Below, one piece after another: positions 61,783 to 64,000 of a stretch of 64,000 nt of DNA. The stretch lies in the IMG/VR virus record IMGVR_UViG_3300023184_004591, positions 1 to 64,000 of that record. One strand, 5' to 3'. Each line of letters begins with the position of its first letter. The first letter of the stretch is position 1. The translations under genes were made by a program, and so were the position numbers. This DNA is from a virus. A model generated the notes under the pieces. It searched no databases. It was not told where the DNA came from and was given only the letters and a program-made list of their open reading frames with translations.

Positions 61783-64000
61783 TTAAAATGTTTTTTCAAC
61801 GGCCAAACAAATTTCACCATTTTCATTTATTAATCTTCTCATATCCGTAAAACTGATATAAGCGTGACCTTGTTGGCCCCACGATTTACCCCAACTATTT
61901 TTAATTCTAAACTGTTGTTTTTTTGTGTCAACACCATTAATAACATATGCGTGTCCACCAGCGAGTCTACCTGAAATACTAATTAAACCATTTCTATCAG
62001 GGTAGAACATACCATTGTACCAATTAGTACCAACAACAACAGGACCTACGTTTAATATTGTTGAAACCAAAACGTTCAAATCAAATGTCCATAAATAAGA
62101 TCCTATTTTCCCTGTATTTTTAAGATACTTGGCGGCTCCTCTAACAGATGTCCCATCGTAATTTTCACCTACCCATTCATCAATTTTTTGGGCCTCTGTG
62201 TAAATTAAACTTGGGGGAATAATTGGTGCGATCCCACCATGTTTTACAGGACCATCTTCAATCCAATGAGCCCAAGCGTATCCAACACATTGTGGTGTAT
62301 TTCCTTGATTACCCCACCATTCATTATCATCCCAATTTCTAATAGTTAATGGTGTGATAGTTCTTGGTAGTTTATCTTCAATTAAATATTTTTTATCTCT
62401 TTCATCAGGAATATAATTTCTACCTAATTGGAATTCATCCCCAACAGGTTCATCATTAACTACTTGATATGTAAAATCATTAACCTCACAAGATAATACA
62501 TCACAATCAGGACAATCATAATCAAACATATCAAAAGTACCTTTCAATACTTTGAAATTATGTTTAACCTCAGCTGATGACAATGGTGTAACATACATTC
62601 TAAATTGAGATATGCCACCTTCAAATGTTCCACCAAAATTTTGTTCCAATAGAATATTTGTTTTCATTCCTGCAAATGTTGTTCCACTAAGAATATTCTC
62701 AGGAAATAATTCAGGATCTTGAATGTAATTGTTATAAGGATAAGTAGTTGATGAAAAAGTTAAGTTCTCATGTAGTCCTTGAGTTCCTCCACCCCACGAA
62801 ATGTTGAATGGTACCCCAAGTTGTCTTTCTTTATCTGTATTAAGTGCTCTTGGAATAATTTCTTCAAAGTCTTCAATAGTGTAGAACGGTTTACCATTAA
62901 CGTAGATTCTTAATCTACCCATTCTATATTTTTTGTCATCCAACCATTTTTGATTTAGATTAACAAGTTCTATCATTTCAGGTTCCTTTTTACCATTAGT
63001 AATCGGAACGGTAATTAATTTTACTGTGTCGTTTGCAAGTGAATCAAGATACTCACGTTTAGTAATATCATCTAACCCACCTCTATATTTTAAATCACAA
63101 GTATCTAAATAGGTATACCTACTCCACACAACATTAATGTTAACCCATTTCTCCACATCAAAGAATGGAGCACATTTATCAATACAATAATCGTATATAC
63201 CATTTGGTGAACAATATTCAGTTATAGTATAACCTGTTACATAAGTTTGACCAGTCACACAAGTTCCTGATGTTTGACAATCACCGGTAATTTTCAATAC
63301 TTTAACTCCAATCTTTGGATTCTTAGGGTCTCCACATAATTTTAATGAGAACGCATTTGATAAAGAATCAAACAATGGATCTTTTTCACAAGTTTCTTCT
63401 ATTGAAGTATATCCCGTTGGTGAACAAGTTACACAATCATAACAAGTCTCACACGCCGTACAACTTGGTGTACACACAGGTGGTAATAAACAATGTTCCC
63501 CACTTTTGGTTGGGGTAAATGATGGTGTTGGTGTTGGAGTACAATAACAACCTTGTTCTACTGTTGGGGTAGGTGTTGGTGTTGGAGTAACAAAAACGGT
63601 AGGACAATTATGTGTTTGACATTCCCACCCACATATATCACATTCTTCTTTACCGCATCCACACCCACAAGTTAATTTTTTTTCTTTATCACCACCACAT
63701 AAATCACAACCATAATTAACATGATAATCATGTTTATTATCAACAGATCTTGGTGGGTAAACGTAAATACATCTACTATTATGTGTATATGTGTTACAAC
63801 ACGCACAAGTTTCAACAGTTGTTAAACCAGATGTAACTCTTGTATACCCTGTAAAACAATTTGGTGAACCATCAGCATGATGATAAAATTTATTCTCAGC
63901 TCTTGTCCCAAAATAAAAAAATATATTTTTATTGTTAGGATATATTTCATTTAATGTTGTCTCATCAGGATCCGGAAAATATTGGTCAAACAATCTAGGT
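61783..64000 (-). CDS. Cys-rich structural protein with a LamG-like region and a C-terminal papain-like (C1A) cysteine protease (starts beyond the right edge)
   Basis: NQGNTPQCVGYAW, GGHAYVI and KNSWG catalytic motifs; RIYVNG..FEGGISQFRMY LamG-like motifs; the frame is open to the window end. Confidence 0.75.
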   Translation of the reverse strand, partial: PRLFDQYFPDPDETTLNEIYPNNKNIFFYFGTRAENKFYHHADGSPNCFTGYTRVTSGLTTVETCACCNTYTHNSRCIYVYPPRSVDNKHDYHVNYGCDLCGGDKEKKLTCGCGCGKEECDICGWECQTHNCPTVFVTPTPTPTPTVEQGCYCTPTPTPSFTPTKSGEHCLLPPVCTPSCTACETCYDCVTCSPTGYTSIEETCEKDPLFDSLSNAFSLKLCGDPKNPKIGVKVLKITGDCQTSGTCVTGQTYVTGYTITEYCSPNGIYDYCIDKCAPFFDVEKWVNINVVWSRYTYLDTCDLKYRGGLDDITKREYLDSLANDTVKLITVPITNGKKEPEMIELVNLNQKWLDDKKYRMGRLRIYVNGKPFYTIEDFEEIIPRALNTDKERQLGVPFNISWGGGTQGLHENLTFSSTTYPYNNYIQDPELFPENILSGTTFAGMKTNILLEQNFGGTFEGGISQFRMYVTPLSSAEVKHNFKVLKGTFDMFDYDCPDCDVLSCEVNDFTYQVVNDEPVGDEFQLGRNYIPDERDKKYLIEDKLPRTITPLTIRNWDDNEWWGNQGNTPQCVGYAWAHWIEDGPVKHGGIAPIIPPSLIYTEAQKIDEWVGENYDGTSVRGAAKYLKNTGKIGSYLWTFDLNVLVSTILNVGPVVVGTNWYNGMFYPDRNGLISISGRLAGGHAYVINGVDTKKQQFRIKNSWGKSWGQQGHAYISFTDMRRLINENGEICLAVEKTF

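Noticed and set aside
1-64000. Stop-codon reassignment, as seen in some large phages
   Set aside because: Genes are full length and densely packed under the standard code.
1-64000. tRNA or rRNA genes
   Set aside because: Intergenic gaps are short and no cloverleaf or rRNA-like sequence was recognised by eye; a tRNAscan run would be needed to exclude them fully.

Overview
A 64-kb, AT-rich segment of a large T4-related (myovirus-type, probably jumbo) bacteriophage genome, read in the standard code and mostly on the minus strand. Positions 1-8.3 kb hold a replication/nucleotide module: class Ia ribonucleotide reductase alpha and beta, DnaB/gp41-like helicase, 5'-3' exonuclease, UvsX/RecA and gp32-like SSB. 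Positions 9-36 kb hold a tail/baseplate/neck module (two giant baseplate-like proteins, tape measure, gp26/gp51-like pair, tail tube, sheath, gp15/gp14/gp13-like proteins), interrupted by an SNF2 helicase and a HExxH-domain/superoxide dismutase fusion. A family B DNA polymerase follows, flanked by an RHH+HNH cassette. The most striking part is 40-64 kb. A five-gene glycosylation cluster headed by a GT60 (Gnt1/TcOGNT-like) polypeptide GlcNAc-transferase lies directly downstream of mucin-like (Thr-X)n, Cys-rich putative virion proteins, and similar Thr/Pro patches are inserted into the tail sheath and baseplate proteins. This suggests a phage-encoded mucin-type O-glycosylation system that coats the virion. 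Other notable signals are a candidate +1 ribosomal frameshift (UUU_UUU_CGG) in the tail-chaperone position, a conserved TATTTAT upstream motif, canonical sigma70-like promoters, a repeated 6-Cys domain, and a papain-like protease fused to a Cys-rich structural protein. All product calls come from motifs recognised by eye; no database searches were run.
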